Of a DNA stretch of 64,000 nucleotides, positions 41,980 through 51,960 are shown one piece after another. The notes under the pieces were generated by a model. That model was not told the DNA's origin. It saw nothing but the letters and a program-made list of their open reading frames with translations, and searched no databases. Source of the DNA: Eledone cirrhosa (lineage: Eukaryota); assembly GCA_964016885.1 (NCBI GenBank), contig OZ024741.1, forward strand, positions 66,154,001 through 66,218,000, given 5' to 3'. Every line of letters begins with the position of its first letter. Position 1 is the first letter of the stretch. The translations under genes and the position numbers were made by a program.

Positions 41980-43345
41980 TTATTAGTATTTGTTATTAGT
42001 TGTTATTATTGATCTATCCATCTTACGGTATTCATCCACACTATATTTGTTATTAGTATCTGTTATTAGTTGTTATTATTGATCTATCCATCTTACGGTA
42101 TTCATCCACACTATATTGTTATTAGTATCTGTTATTAGTTGTTATTATTGATCTATCCATCTTACGGTATTCATCCACACTATATTGTTATTAGTATCTG
42201 TTATTAGTTGTTATTATTGATCTATCCATCTTATGGTATTCATCCACACTATATTGTTATTAGTATCTGTTATTAGTTGTTATTATTGATCTATCCATCT
42301 TACGGTATTCATCCACACTATATTGTTATTAGTATCTGTTATTAGTTGTTATTATTGATCTATCCATCTTACGGTATTCATCCACTCTATATTGTTATTA
42401 GTATCTGTTATTAGTTGTTATTATTGATCTATCCATCTTACGGTATTCATCCACACTATATTTGTTATTAGTATCTGTTATTAGTTGCTATTATTGATCT
42501 ATCCATCTTATGGTATTCATCCACACTATATTGTTATTAGTATCTGTTATTAGTTGTTATTATTGATCTATCCATCTTACGGTATTCATCCACTCTATAT
42601 TGTTATTAGTATCTGTTATTAGTTGTTATTATTGATCTATCCATCTTACGGTATTCATCCACACTATATTGTTATTAGTATCTGTTATTAGTTGTTATTA
42701 TTGATCTCGGTGGATTGGCAGTATCGGAAGAGGGTCGGACGCCATGCTTTCCAGCATAGTTACGTCCCTTTATGATCTGAGTTCAAATCCCGCCGAGGTT
42801 GACTTTGCCTTTCATCCTTACGGGGTCGATAAAATAAAGTACCAGTAATGCACTGGGTAATTGCTGGCCTTGTGCCAAAAGTAGAAACAATTATTGATCT
42901 ATCCATCTTACGGTATTCATCCACACTATATTGTTATTAGTATCTGTTATTAGTTGTTATTATTGATCTATCCATCTTATGGTATTCATCCACACTATAT
43001 TGTTATTAGTATCTGTTATTAGTTGTTATTATTGATCTATCCATCTTACGGTATTCATCCACTCTATATTGTTATTAGTATCTGTTATTAGTTGTTATTA
43101 TTGATCTATCCATCTTATGGTATTCATCCACACTATATTGTTATTAGTATCTGTTATTAGTTGTTATTATTGATCTATCCATCTTATGGTATTCATCCAC
43201 ACTATATTGTTATTAGTATCTGTTATTAGTTGTTATTATTGATCTATCCATCTTATGGTATTCATCCACACTATATTGTTATTAGTATCTGTTATTAGTT
43301 GTTATTATTGATCTATCCATCTTACGGTATTCATCCACTCTATAT
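41980..43345. repeat. 69-bp AT-rich tandem satellite (~17 copies)
   Basis: Unit TTGTTATTAGTATCTGTTATTAGTTGTTATTATTGATCTATCCATCTTACGGTATTCATCCACACTATA. Confidence 0.95.
42708..42890 (+). mobile_element. tRNA-derived Deu/Nin-domain SINE with TSD
   Basis: TGGCAGTATCGG A-box, GTTCAAATCC B-box, GCCTTTCATCC..GGGGTCGATAAAATAAAGTACCAG core; TSD ATTATTGATCT; other copies near 26485, 30067, 33660, 48815, 56300-57010 and 57314. Confidence 0.85.
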
Positions 43346-43809
43346 TTATTTTTTCGCCTCTTCTCTCAAAATTATGCTATTCTCTCTCACTAAAATATAC
43401 TCAGGTTTCTCTCTTTCTTTTTTTCTTTCCTTCGTTTTTTCTCTTTCTTTTCTTTTTCCCCTATTCCAACTGTTTAATTTAAATATACTGTTTTAAACTT
43501 TTCCAACACTAATTTGCATAATAAACCAACAATAAATCTAATAACTCCACTATCCAAGAGATTCCAACCAGAATGGTTGCATTTTTTAAGGGTATGTCAA
43601 TATTTATTTATTTGTATTTGTATCAGTACTGTCGGTAATATATGTATATATATGTGTGTTTGTGAGTGGTGTGTGTGATTGTATGCATGAATGAGTGTTG
43701 GTATGTGAGTGGCGCGTGTGTGGTTGTGGTTTGTATGCATGAGTGTTGGTGTGTGAGTGTTTGTGTGTGTGTCGTGTCAATAAGTTTTTTTTTTTTGTTT
43801 TTTTTTTAT

Positions 43810-46800
43810 GACCATGCTGTAAAATGGAGGGATAGAGAGGGCCCTTGAGTCTAGTAAGACATCCTCTCTAGTGCTGGTGGCACAAATAAAAGCACCCAGT
43901 CCATGCTGTAAAGTGGCGCTGGTGTTAGGAAGGGCATCCAACCAGTGTATCAATGCCAAAACGCTTATCAGCACAGCAACAAGTAGGAACAACAAAATAT
44001 GAAGACGTCGCATCTCAGAGTTGCAACACTTAATGTTGGCACTCTCAGAGGTAGATCTGCTGAAATAGCGGAGATGCTGGAGAGAAGGCAGGTGGATGTG
44101 TGCTGCGTGCAAGAGGTGAGATGGAGAGGTGCCTCTGCGAGACTAGTCGTAGGCAAGCGTCTTAGCTATAAGCTATTCTGGGTAGGTAAGGATGATGGGC
44201 TAGGGGGAGTAGGCATTTTCCTGGCTGAGAAATGGATCAATAAGACAATAGAGGTAGTTCGAGTTAGTAATCGAATAATTAAGCTTAGATTAGTTGTAGG
44301 TAGGAGACTACTGACAATCATCTCGGCCTATGCTCCCCAAGCAGGCCTAGGCAAAGATGAACAAGACTGCTTTTATGAGCAATTTTTGCAAACAACCGCA
44401 ATGACAGAGGACGGAGACATTGTTATGCTAGCAGGAGACTTCAATGGTCATGTTGGACAGCTCCAGGATGGTTACACTGGGGTACATGGTGGGCACGGTT
44501 ACGGTTCAAGAAATGAAGAAGGAGTGAGACTTCTTGAATTTTGTGATGCGGGTACATTGACTATTTGCAACACAAACTTCCAGAAACCTGCCAATCACCT
44601 AATAACCTACAAATCTGGTGAGCACATAAGCCAGATTGACTTCCTGCTAGTTAGGCAGTGGGACAGGCAGATAGTGTCTAATACCAAGGCATACCCTGGG
44701 GAAGAATGTACCCCACAGCATAGGTTAGTTGTTAGTGATATCTCAGTAAGCAAGAGATGGAATGAGACATATAGGAAGGTGTGGAGAAGAAAGGTCTGGA
44801 AGATAAAAGACCTTTCACTAAAATACAAATTTAGAAAAGCCCTTCAAGATGTATATGACGAAAAAGAAGACGATTTAGAGACGTATGACATAGATAATAA
44901 CTGGAATTTCTTACGTGACAACTTGCTGCAGGCTACTGATGAAACCTGTGGCTGGAGCAGAGTTCCAACCAGACAGAGAGTGACCTGGTGGTGGAACAGC
45001 ACAGTAGATAAGGCTATTAGAGACAAAAGACTAGCATGGAAGGCTTGGAAAAAGGGTGGGAGTAGGGAAGAATATACAGCCACTAAGAGAGAAGCTAGAC
45101 ATCAGGTGTACTTAGCACGCAGGGAGACAGAGAGTAGGAGGTTTGCCAATGTTCTGCGACAGGAAGATCAGAGGCGTGCGGTGTTCCACATTGCAAGGCA
45201 GTGTGTCAATGCAAATCAGGATGTTGTTGGAGATAAATGTGTCCGGGATGATGCCGGTGTACTTAGTGTCACGAATGATCAGAAAAAGGAGGCCTGGAAA
45301 TGTCATTATGAGAGACTGATGAATGTGGAGAACGAATGGGAGAGAGAGAAATTACCCTTGGTGGATCCGACAGAGGGACCAGCTATTGAGATTGACAAAT
45401 ATAGGGTCCAAGAGGCGATTAGGGAAATGAAAAATGGTAAGGCTGCCGGACCATCGGGAATAGTTGCTGAGATGCTGAAGGCATCAGGGGACGTAGGCAC
45501 TAAATTGGTTGCACGCATCATCAATCAGGCTATATATGGTGGTGTCATACCCAAAGACTGGTGCAGCAGTATTCTCATAAATTGCTACAAAGGTAAAGGG
45601 GATGCTTTGGAGAGGAGCAATTATAGGGGTATAAAACTGATAGATCAGGTTATGAAAGTGGCAGAAAGGATTTTAGCACAACTAATTAGAGAAAGGGTCA
45701 AACTAGATGAGATGCAGTTTGGTTTTGTGCCTGGGAAGAGTACAACAGATGCCCTCTTCTTGGTGAGACAATTGCAAGAGAGGTTCTTAGAGAAGAATAA
45801 GCCACTATACTTAGCCTTTGTTGACCTAGAGAACGCCTTTGATAGGGTACCCCGATCTGTCATCTGGTGGTCCCTAAGGAAGCTAGGTGTTGAGGAATGG
45901 CTTGTGAGGACAGTGCAAACTTTGTACAGAGGTACTCTCAGTAAAGTCAGGGTAGGAATGGAGTTTAGTGAGGAATTCCAGATACAAGTAGGAGTACATC
46001 AGGGTTCGGTCCTCAGCCCGCTCTTGTTCATTATAGTCCACCAAGCCATAACTGAGGAGTTTAAGACTGGCTGTCCATGGGAACTGCTCTATGCTGACGA
46101 TCTGGTTCTTATAGCAGAATCAGTAGAGGAGCTAGAGAATAAATTCTGGCTATGGAAACAGCAGTTGGAAGCAAGAGGACTGAGAGTGAATCTAGCTAAG
46201 ACAAAAGTGTTGATGAGTGGAAAAGAGGACAAAACCCTGATTCTGTCAGGGAAATGGCCATGTTCAATATGCAGAAAAGGAACTGGCATAAATTCTATAA
46301 AATGCACACAATGCAGATCCTGGGTACACAAGAGATGTAGCGGGATAGCAGGCAAACTAACAGGTAGGGAGAAATATGTATGCAGTAGATGTACAGGGAA
46401 ATTAGACAGTAGAAGTCGCACTGATAGACACATTTTTCAAATGCAAGAGGGCGCTATAGAAGTGGTGGATAGCTTCCAGTACCTAGGAGATCAGATTAGC
46501 ATGGGAGGAGGGTGTTCCGAGGCCATAGTATCTAGAATAAGAACGGATTGGAAGAAGTTTAGGGAGCTGCTTCCTCTGTTGACGAAGAAGGGTTTCTCCC
46601 TGCGTACGAAAGGCCGGTTGTATGATGCCTGTGTGAGGAACGCGATGCTGCATGGTAGTGAGACATGGGCAGCAACTGCAGAGGATATGCGATGGCTGGA
46701 GAGAAATGAGGCAAGCATGCTCCGTTGGATGTGCAGTGTAAATGTGCGTGAACGACCCAGCATAAATGTGTTGAGAGAGAAACTGTGTCTGAGAGGGATA

Positions 46801-47068
46801 GAATGTAGTGTACGGGAGAGGAGACTGAGGTGGTATGGACATGTGATGCGCATGGAGGATGACCGATGGGTGAAGAAGTGCCAGGAATTTCCAGTTGAAG
46901 GAAGACGTGGTAGAGGTAGACCACGAAAAACATGGGCGGAGGTGGTGAGAACAGACCTCAGATCATTGAAGCTCACGGTGGAGATGACGAGGGACCGTGA
47001 CGAGTGGAGAGATGCTGTGCTGAATAAGACCCGTCCCACCCTTGCAAGCAGGGAAAAGCGGACGTAAA

Positions 47069-47104
<36 letters not shown>
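43810..47104 (+). mobile_element. Full-length RTE LINE family B
   Basis: 5' UTR with GGAAGGGCATCC motif, intact ORF and (GAT)n tail; 5' boundary approximate, no TSD found. Confidence 0.92.
43999..47067 (+). CDS. RTE ORF: APE endonuclease + reverse transcriptase with embedded PHD-like finger (1022 aa)
   Basis: TLNV, CVQEVRW, SAYAPQ, GDFNGH, IDFLL, QHRLV; AFVDLENAFD, QGSVLSP, YADD, FQYLG; uninterrupted. Confidence 0.96.
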   Translation: MKTSHLRVATLNVGTLRGRSAEIAEMLERRQVDVCCVQEVRWRGASARLVVGKRLSYKLFWVGKDDGLGGVGIFLAEKWINKTIEVVRVSNRIIKLRLVVGRRLLTIISAYAPQAGLGKDEQDCFYEQFLQTTAMTEDGDIVMLAGDFNGHVGQLQDGYTGVHGGHGYGSRNEEGVRLLEFCDAGTLTICNTNFQKPANHLITYKSGEHISQIDFLLVRQWDRQIVSNTKAYPGEECTPQHRLVVSDISVSKRWNETYRKVWRRKVWKIKDLSLKYKFRKALQDVYDEKEDDLETYDIDNNWNFLRDNLLQATDETCGWSRVPTRQRVTWWWNSTVDKAIRDKRLAWKAWKKGGSREEYTATKREARHQVYLARRETESRRFANVLRQEDQRRAVFHIARQCVNANQDVVGDKCVRDDAGVLSVTNDQKKEAWKCHYERLMNVENEWEREKLPLVDPTEGPAIEIDKYRVQEAIREMKNGKAAGPSGIVAEMLKASGDVGTKLVARIINQAIYGGVIPKDWCSSILINCYKGKGDALERSNYRGIKLIDQVMKVAERILAQLIRERVKLDEMQFGFVPGKSTTDALFLVRQLQERFLEKNKPLYLAFVDLENAFDRVPRSVIWWSLRKLGVEEWLVRTVQTLYRGTLSKVRVGMEFSEEFQIQVGVHQGSVLSPLLFIIVHQAITEEFKTGCPWELLYADDLVLIAESVEELENKFWLWKQQLEARGLRVNLAKTKVLMSGKEDKTLILSGKWPCSICRKGTGINSIKCTQCRSWVHKRCSGIAGKLTGREKYVCSRCTGKLDSRSRTDRHIFQMQEGAIEVVDSFQYLGDQISMGGGCSEAIVSRIRTDWKKFRELLPLLTKKGFSLRTKGRLYDACVRNAMLHGSETWAATAEDMRWLERNEASMLRWMCSVNVRERPSINVLREKLCLRGIECSVRERRLRWYGHVMRMEDDRWVKKCQEFPVEGRRGRGRPRKTWAEVVRTDLRSLKLTVEMTRDRDEWRDAVLNKTRPTLASREKRT

Positions 47105-47106
<2 letters not shown>

Positions 47107-47121
47107 AACTAACCTATATTA

Positions 47122-47187
47122 TATTTTATCTGATGAAAGCACACCATAGTTTGCTCTGGTGGCCCTTGAAATATGTATAATGAAATA
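47122..47187 (+). ncRNA. Type I hammerhead ribozyme (PLE pLTR)
   Basis: TATTTTAT-CTGATGA-AAG..CACC/GGTG..CTT-GAAA-TATGTA-TA-ATGAAATA, followed by an overlapping AATAAA. Confidence 0.8.
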
Positions 47188-47323
47188 AATATGGTTTTAT
47201 AAATATAGTTTCCATTTGTTAATATATTGTATATATATATACATAAGATAAGATATTGTTTAAGGTCATCCTATTGTACAGCCAACCACGTTATTCTTCA
47301 CTCTTTTACTATATATATATATA

Positions 47324-47864
47324 CTAGCAGCTGAGCCCGGTTGCACCCGGGGCCACTTTTTATTAAGTTAATAATTTGAAAAATATTATTGAAAGTTTAT
47401 TATAAAGAAGCAGTTCCAGGAAAAAAAATAAAAATATGCATTTGGGGCTGGACGGCGTACAATGAGAAGTGGAGCGACGTGAAAAGCGTTATTTATTAAC
47501 AGCGAAATAGCAATGTCGATGATATGCAATTTGAAAAATACTACATACTGTTAGTGGCGGTTAACATGTATGCAGAATCGATTTCATAAAACGGTACTGT
47601 ATGATCGTTAAATGTAGAAGGATGATGAAATTGTAAATAAGACAAAAGTATTAGAACAGGGGGAAATAACTCACTGAACGCGATAGTTTTGGGGCCCCAG
47701 GGACCACATTTTTCAAGTTAGAGATTTGAAACCTCGTCTATTTGCTTCCTTGGCACTTTTTACATAGGTGTGTAAATTTTCATGTCAGTCTGACCACGTC
47801 TACTACCATTTAACCGTGCACATTTGAATTTCAACCACCGCCCATTTCACAAACATATATTAGA
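47324..47864 (-). mobile_element. Non-autonomous Helitron
   Basis: Minus strand A|TCTAATATA start; CCCGGGTGCAACCGGG hairpin and CTGCTAG|T end. Confidence 0.8.
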
Positions 47865-48280
47865 TATATCATCATCAACACCGTTTACTGTCCATTTTTC
47901 CATGTAGCATGGGTTAGACGAGTTGTCCAGATGTGGGCCAAGTCAGAGCAGATGGCCATGTCCTGCTCATACTGGACTGATTTTAGCTTGGTTTCTATGG
48001 CTGGATGCCCTTGCTAATGCCAACCACATTTATAGTGTGTACTGGGTACCTTTTATTGTGGCACCAAAATGACCAGTTTACAGTGTGGACTGAGTGCTTT
48101 TTGTCATGACACCTAAAAAACCACTTTACAGCATGGACTGGGTGCTTATATATATATCATCATCATCATCATCGTTTAACGTCCATCTTCCACGAGGGAA
48201 AATAAAAAACAACACAGGAGTACAAGTTACGAAAGGTATTAGGTTCATGCTTATTGAGAGTGGGGGGGGGGGGTAAGTGC

Positions 48281-48308
48281 GACATTTCAGGCATAAGCCC
48301 TTCATCAG
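48281..48308 (-). ncRNA. Minimal Penelope-type hammerhead motif
   Basis: CTGATGA-A-GGGC-TTAT-GCCT-GAAA-TGTC on minus strand; stem I is weak. Confidence 0.55.
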
Positions 48309-49429
48309 TAAAGTGGTGGGAAGAAGGAGGAGGAGGAACTCCGAGAGAGAGTGCGTGGGGGGGGGGGGCACATGAGTTGGAAAATAAAAGTGGGAGCTGT
48401 GTGTGTGTATGTGCGTGAGGACAGATACATGAAGACAGGGTGAACTATACTGAAAGAGAATCAGAGATTGAGATAGAGATGGAGGTAGAAAGAATAATAG
48501 ACTAGAGTAGAGAGAGAAAGTGAGAGTGTGAGAGTGTGTGTGTGTTGGGGGTTGGTAAGCAGATCTATATAGACTGAGAGAGAAATAGAGATAGAAGAAA
48601 CAGAAAATGTAAGACTTAAAAAGAAAACTATAAATATTATGAGTGATATGGGAAATCGAAATTAAGACAAACAAAATTTTTAAAAATGGATTGTTAAATG
48701 TATGTATGGATGGATGGCAAAATAAAGAACGACACTGACCCAATGCAGCCTAGAAGAGAAATGAAGTGAAGCTGGGGTAACAGAGATATATACACAGCCA
48801 GTATGTGTATAAAATAATTGTTTCTACTTTAGGCACAAGGCCAGCAATTACCCAGTGCATTACTGGTACTTTATTTTATCGACCCCGTAAGGATGAAAGG
48901 CAAAGTCAACCTCGGCGGGATTTGAACTCAGATCGTAAAGGGACGTAACTATGCTGGAAAGCATGGCGTCCGACCCTCTACCGATACTGCCAATCCAATA
49001 AAATAATGTAAAGCATTTATCAAGACCTTTGGGATTAATATGTGAAATTCAAACAGTGGTGCATGTGTGTGTGTGTTGGCCTGCCAACAGTTAAGGTGAC
49101 CACCTTGGAAAGACTGAATGAAAAAGAATTGAAGAGAAAGAAAGAGAAAGAAAGAAAGTGAGGAAGGAGAATAAGGAAATGAATAAGAAAGTCATGAAAC
49201 CAGAGAAAAGCAAAGTGTAAAATAGACAGATAAATAGATGAGCAGATAAAGTGGGGAAAAATGTTCATATTAAATGATTTGATGTGTTTTAAATTGCAGA
49301 CTGCAATTGAGAGAAAAAGAGAGACATGAGAGGGAGAGAGTGGGTATAGATAAAGACAGACATGTAAATGGGAGAGAGAAGAAATATAGAGTCAGACAGA
49401 AGAGAGGGTAAAATATAGCTAGAGACAGG

Positions 49430-51125
49430 CAGGAGAGGGGGAGAAACATAGATAGAGAGGGATAAACAGGAGAGAGGGAGAAATATAGATAGAGACAGAC
49501 AAACAGGAGAGGGGGAGAAACATAGAAAAAGAGAGATAAACAGGAGAGAGAGGGAGAAATATAGATAGAGACAGACAGGAGAGAGAGAGAAATATAGATA
49601 GAGACAGACAGGAAAGAGGGAGAAATATATAGAAAGAGAGACAAACAGGAAAGGGGAGAAATATAGATAGAGACAGACAGGAGAGAGAGAGAAATATAGA
49701 TAGAGACAGACAGGAGAGAGGGAGAAATATAGATAGAGACAGACAGGAGAGAGGGAGAAATATAGATAGAGACAGACAGGAGAGAGGGAGAAATATAGAT
49801 AGAGACAGACAGGAGAGAGAGAGAAATATAGATAGAGACAGACAGGAGAGAGGGAGAAATATAGATAGAGACAGACAGGAGAGAGGGAGAAATATAGATA
49901 GAGACAGACAGGAGAGAGAGAGAAATATAGATAGAGACAGACAGGAGAGAGGGAGAAATATATAGAAAGAGAGACAAACAGGAAAGGGGGAGAAATATAG
50001 ATAGAGACAGACAGGAGAGAGAGAAATATAGATAGAGACAGACAGGAGAGAGAGAGAAATATAGATAGAGACAGACAGGAGAGAGGGAGAAATATAGATA
50101 GAGACAGACAGGAGAGAGAGAGAAATATAGATAGAGACAGACAGGAGAGAGAGAGAAATATAGATAGAGACAGACAGGAGAGAGGGCGAAATATAGATAG
50201 AGACAGACAGGAGAGAGAGAGAAATATAGATAGAGACAGACAGGAGAGAGAGAGAAATATAGATAGAGACAGACAGGAGAGAGAGAGAAATATAGATAGA
50301 GACAGACAGGAAAGAGGGAGAAATATATAGAAAGAGAGACAAACAGGAAAGGGGGAGAAATATAGATAGAGACAGACAGGAGAGAGAGAGAAATATAGAT
50401 AGAGACAGACAGGAGAGAGAGAGAAATATAGATAGAGACAGACAGGAGAGAGGGAGAAATATAGATAGAGACAGACAGAAGAGAGAGAGAAATATAGATA
50501 GAGACAGACAGGAGAGAGAGAGAAATATAGATAGAGACAGACAGGAGAGAGGGAGAAATATAGATAGAGACAGACAGGAGAGAGGGAGAAATATATAGAA
50601 AGAGAGACAAACAGGAAAGGGGGAGAAATATAGATAGAGACAGACAGGAGAGAGAGAGAAATATAGATAGAGACAGACAGGAGAGAGAGAGAAATATAGA
50701 TAGAGACAGACAGGAGAGAGGGAGAAATATAGATAGAGACAGACAGGAGAGAGGGAGAAATATAGATAGAGACAGACAGGAGAGAGGGAGAAATATATAG
50801 AAAGAGAGACAAACAGGAAAGGGGGAGAAATATAGATAGAGACAGACAGGAGAGAGAGAGAAATATAGATAGAGACAGACAGGAGAGAGAGAGAAATATA
50901 GATAGAGACAGACAGGAGAGAGGGAGAAATATAGATAGAGACAGACAGGAGAGAGGGAGAAATATAGATAGAGACAGACAGGAGAGAGGGAGAAATATAG
51001 ATAGAGACAGACAGGAGAGAGGGAGAAATATAGATAGAGACAGACAGGAGAGAGAGAGAAATATAGATAGAGACAGACAGGAGAGAGAGAGAAATATAGA
51101 TAGAGACAGACAGGAGAGAGATAGA
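49430..51125. repeat. 33-bp GA-rich minisatellite
   Basis: Unit GAGAAATATAGATAGAGACAGACAGGAGAGAGG with a recurring variant; the long ORFs are artefacts. Confidence 0.95.
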
Positions 51126-51281
51126 GGGAATGTAGCAACAAATTTGCTTGTGGTCCAAAACTACAATTGAACATCATTTTAATACAAATTGGAAACCTTT
51201 AAAATGGGTGGATTTATTCAATAGAACCAGAGCTGGTTTTGGCCGGGTTGGTAACTAAAGGGTTAAAGAATAGAAGAGTTT

Positions 51282-51960
51282 ATCATCATCATCATCATTG
51301 TCATCCAGTTTTTGATTATGCAGGACACAATCTCCGAGTAGGGTGGGTGCTCCTTAGCGTCCCGCTCCATTTGTTTCTGTCCACCGGTCTCACTTGGGCC
51401 AGACCAAGCCTAGCTTGATCCTGACAGACATCCTCTGTCCAAGTCCTTTTTGGTCTTCCTGGACCTCTACTGCCTCCTGTATCAACATTTCCTTGGGCCA
51501 GACCAAGCCTAGCTTGATACCGACAGACATCCTCTGTCCAAGTCCTTTTTGGTCTTCCTGGACCTCTACTGCCTCCTGTATCAACATTTCCTTGGGCCAG
51601 ACCAAGCCTAGCTTGATACCGACAGACATCCTCTGTCCAAGTCCTTTTTGGTCTTCCTGGACCTCTACTGCCTCCTGTATCAACATTTCCTTGGGCCAGA
51701 CCAAGCCTAGCTTGATACCGACAGACATCCTCTGTCCAAGTCCTTTTTGGTCTTCCTGGACCTCTACTGCCTCCTGTATCAACATTTCCTTGGGCCAGAC
51801 CAAGCCTAGCTTGATTCCGACAGACATCCTCCATCGAAGTCCCTTTTGGTCTTCCTGGACTTCTACTGTCCCCTGGATCGACATTCACTTGGGCCAGACA
51901 TCCTCCATCCAAGTCCTTTTTGGTCTTTCTGACTGCCTCCTGGATCGACATTCAGTTGAG
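51282..51960 (-). mobile_element. RTE 3' fragment (third family) whose GRP motif region is amplified as a 99-bp tandem
   Basis: 33-aa repeat GPGRPKRTWTEDV..., then DRNKW and a (GAT)n tail. Confidence 0.8.

Larger units (their letters stand above)
39710..47234 (+). mobile_element. 5'-truncated Naiad-type Penelope-like element with inverted 5' pLTR, interrupted by satellite, SINE and RTE
   Basis: 89-bp inverted repeat 39794-39882 / 47146-47234; GIY-YIG ORF; hammerhead in the 3' pLTR. Confidence 0.8.

Noticed and set aside
42708-42800. tRNA gene
   Set aside because: A/B boxes belong to a SINE head; no cloverleaf
49270-51177. Three long overlapping ORFs
   Set aside because: 33-bp minisatellite open in all minus frames
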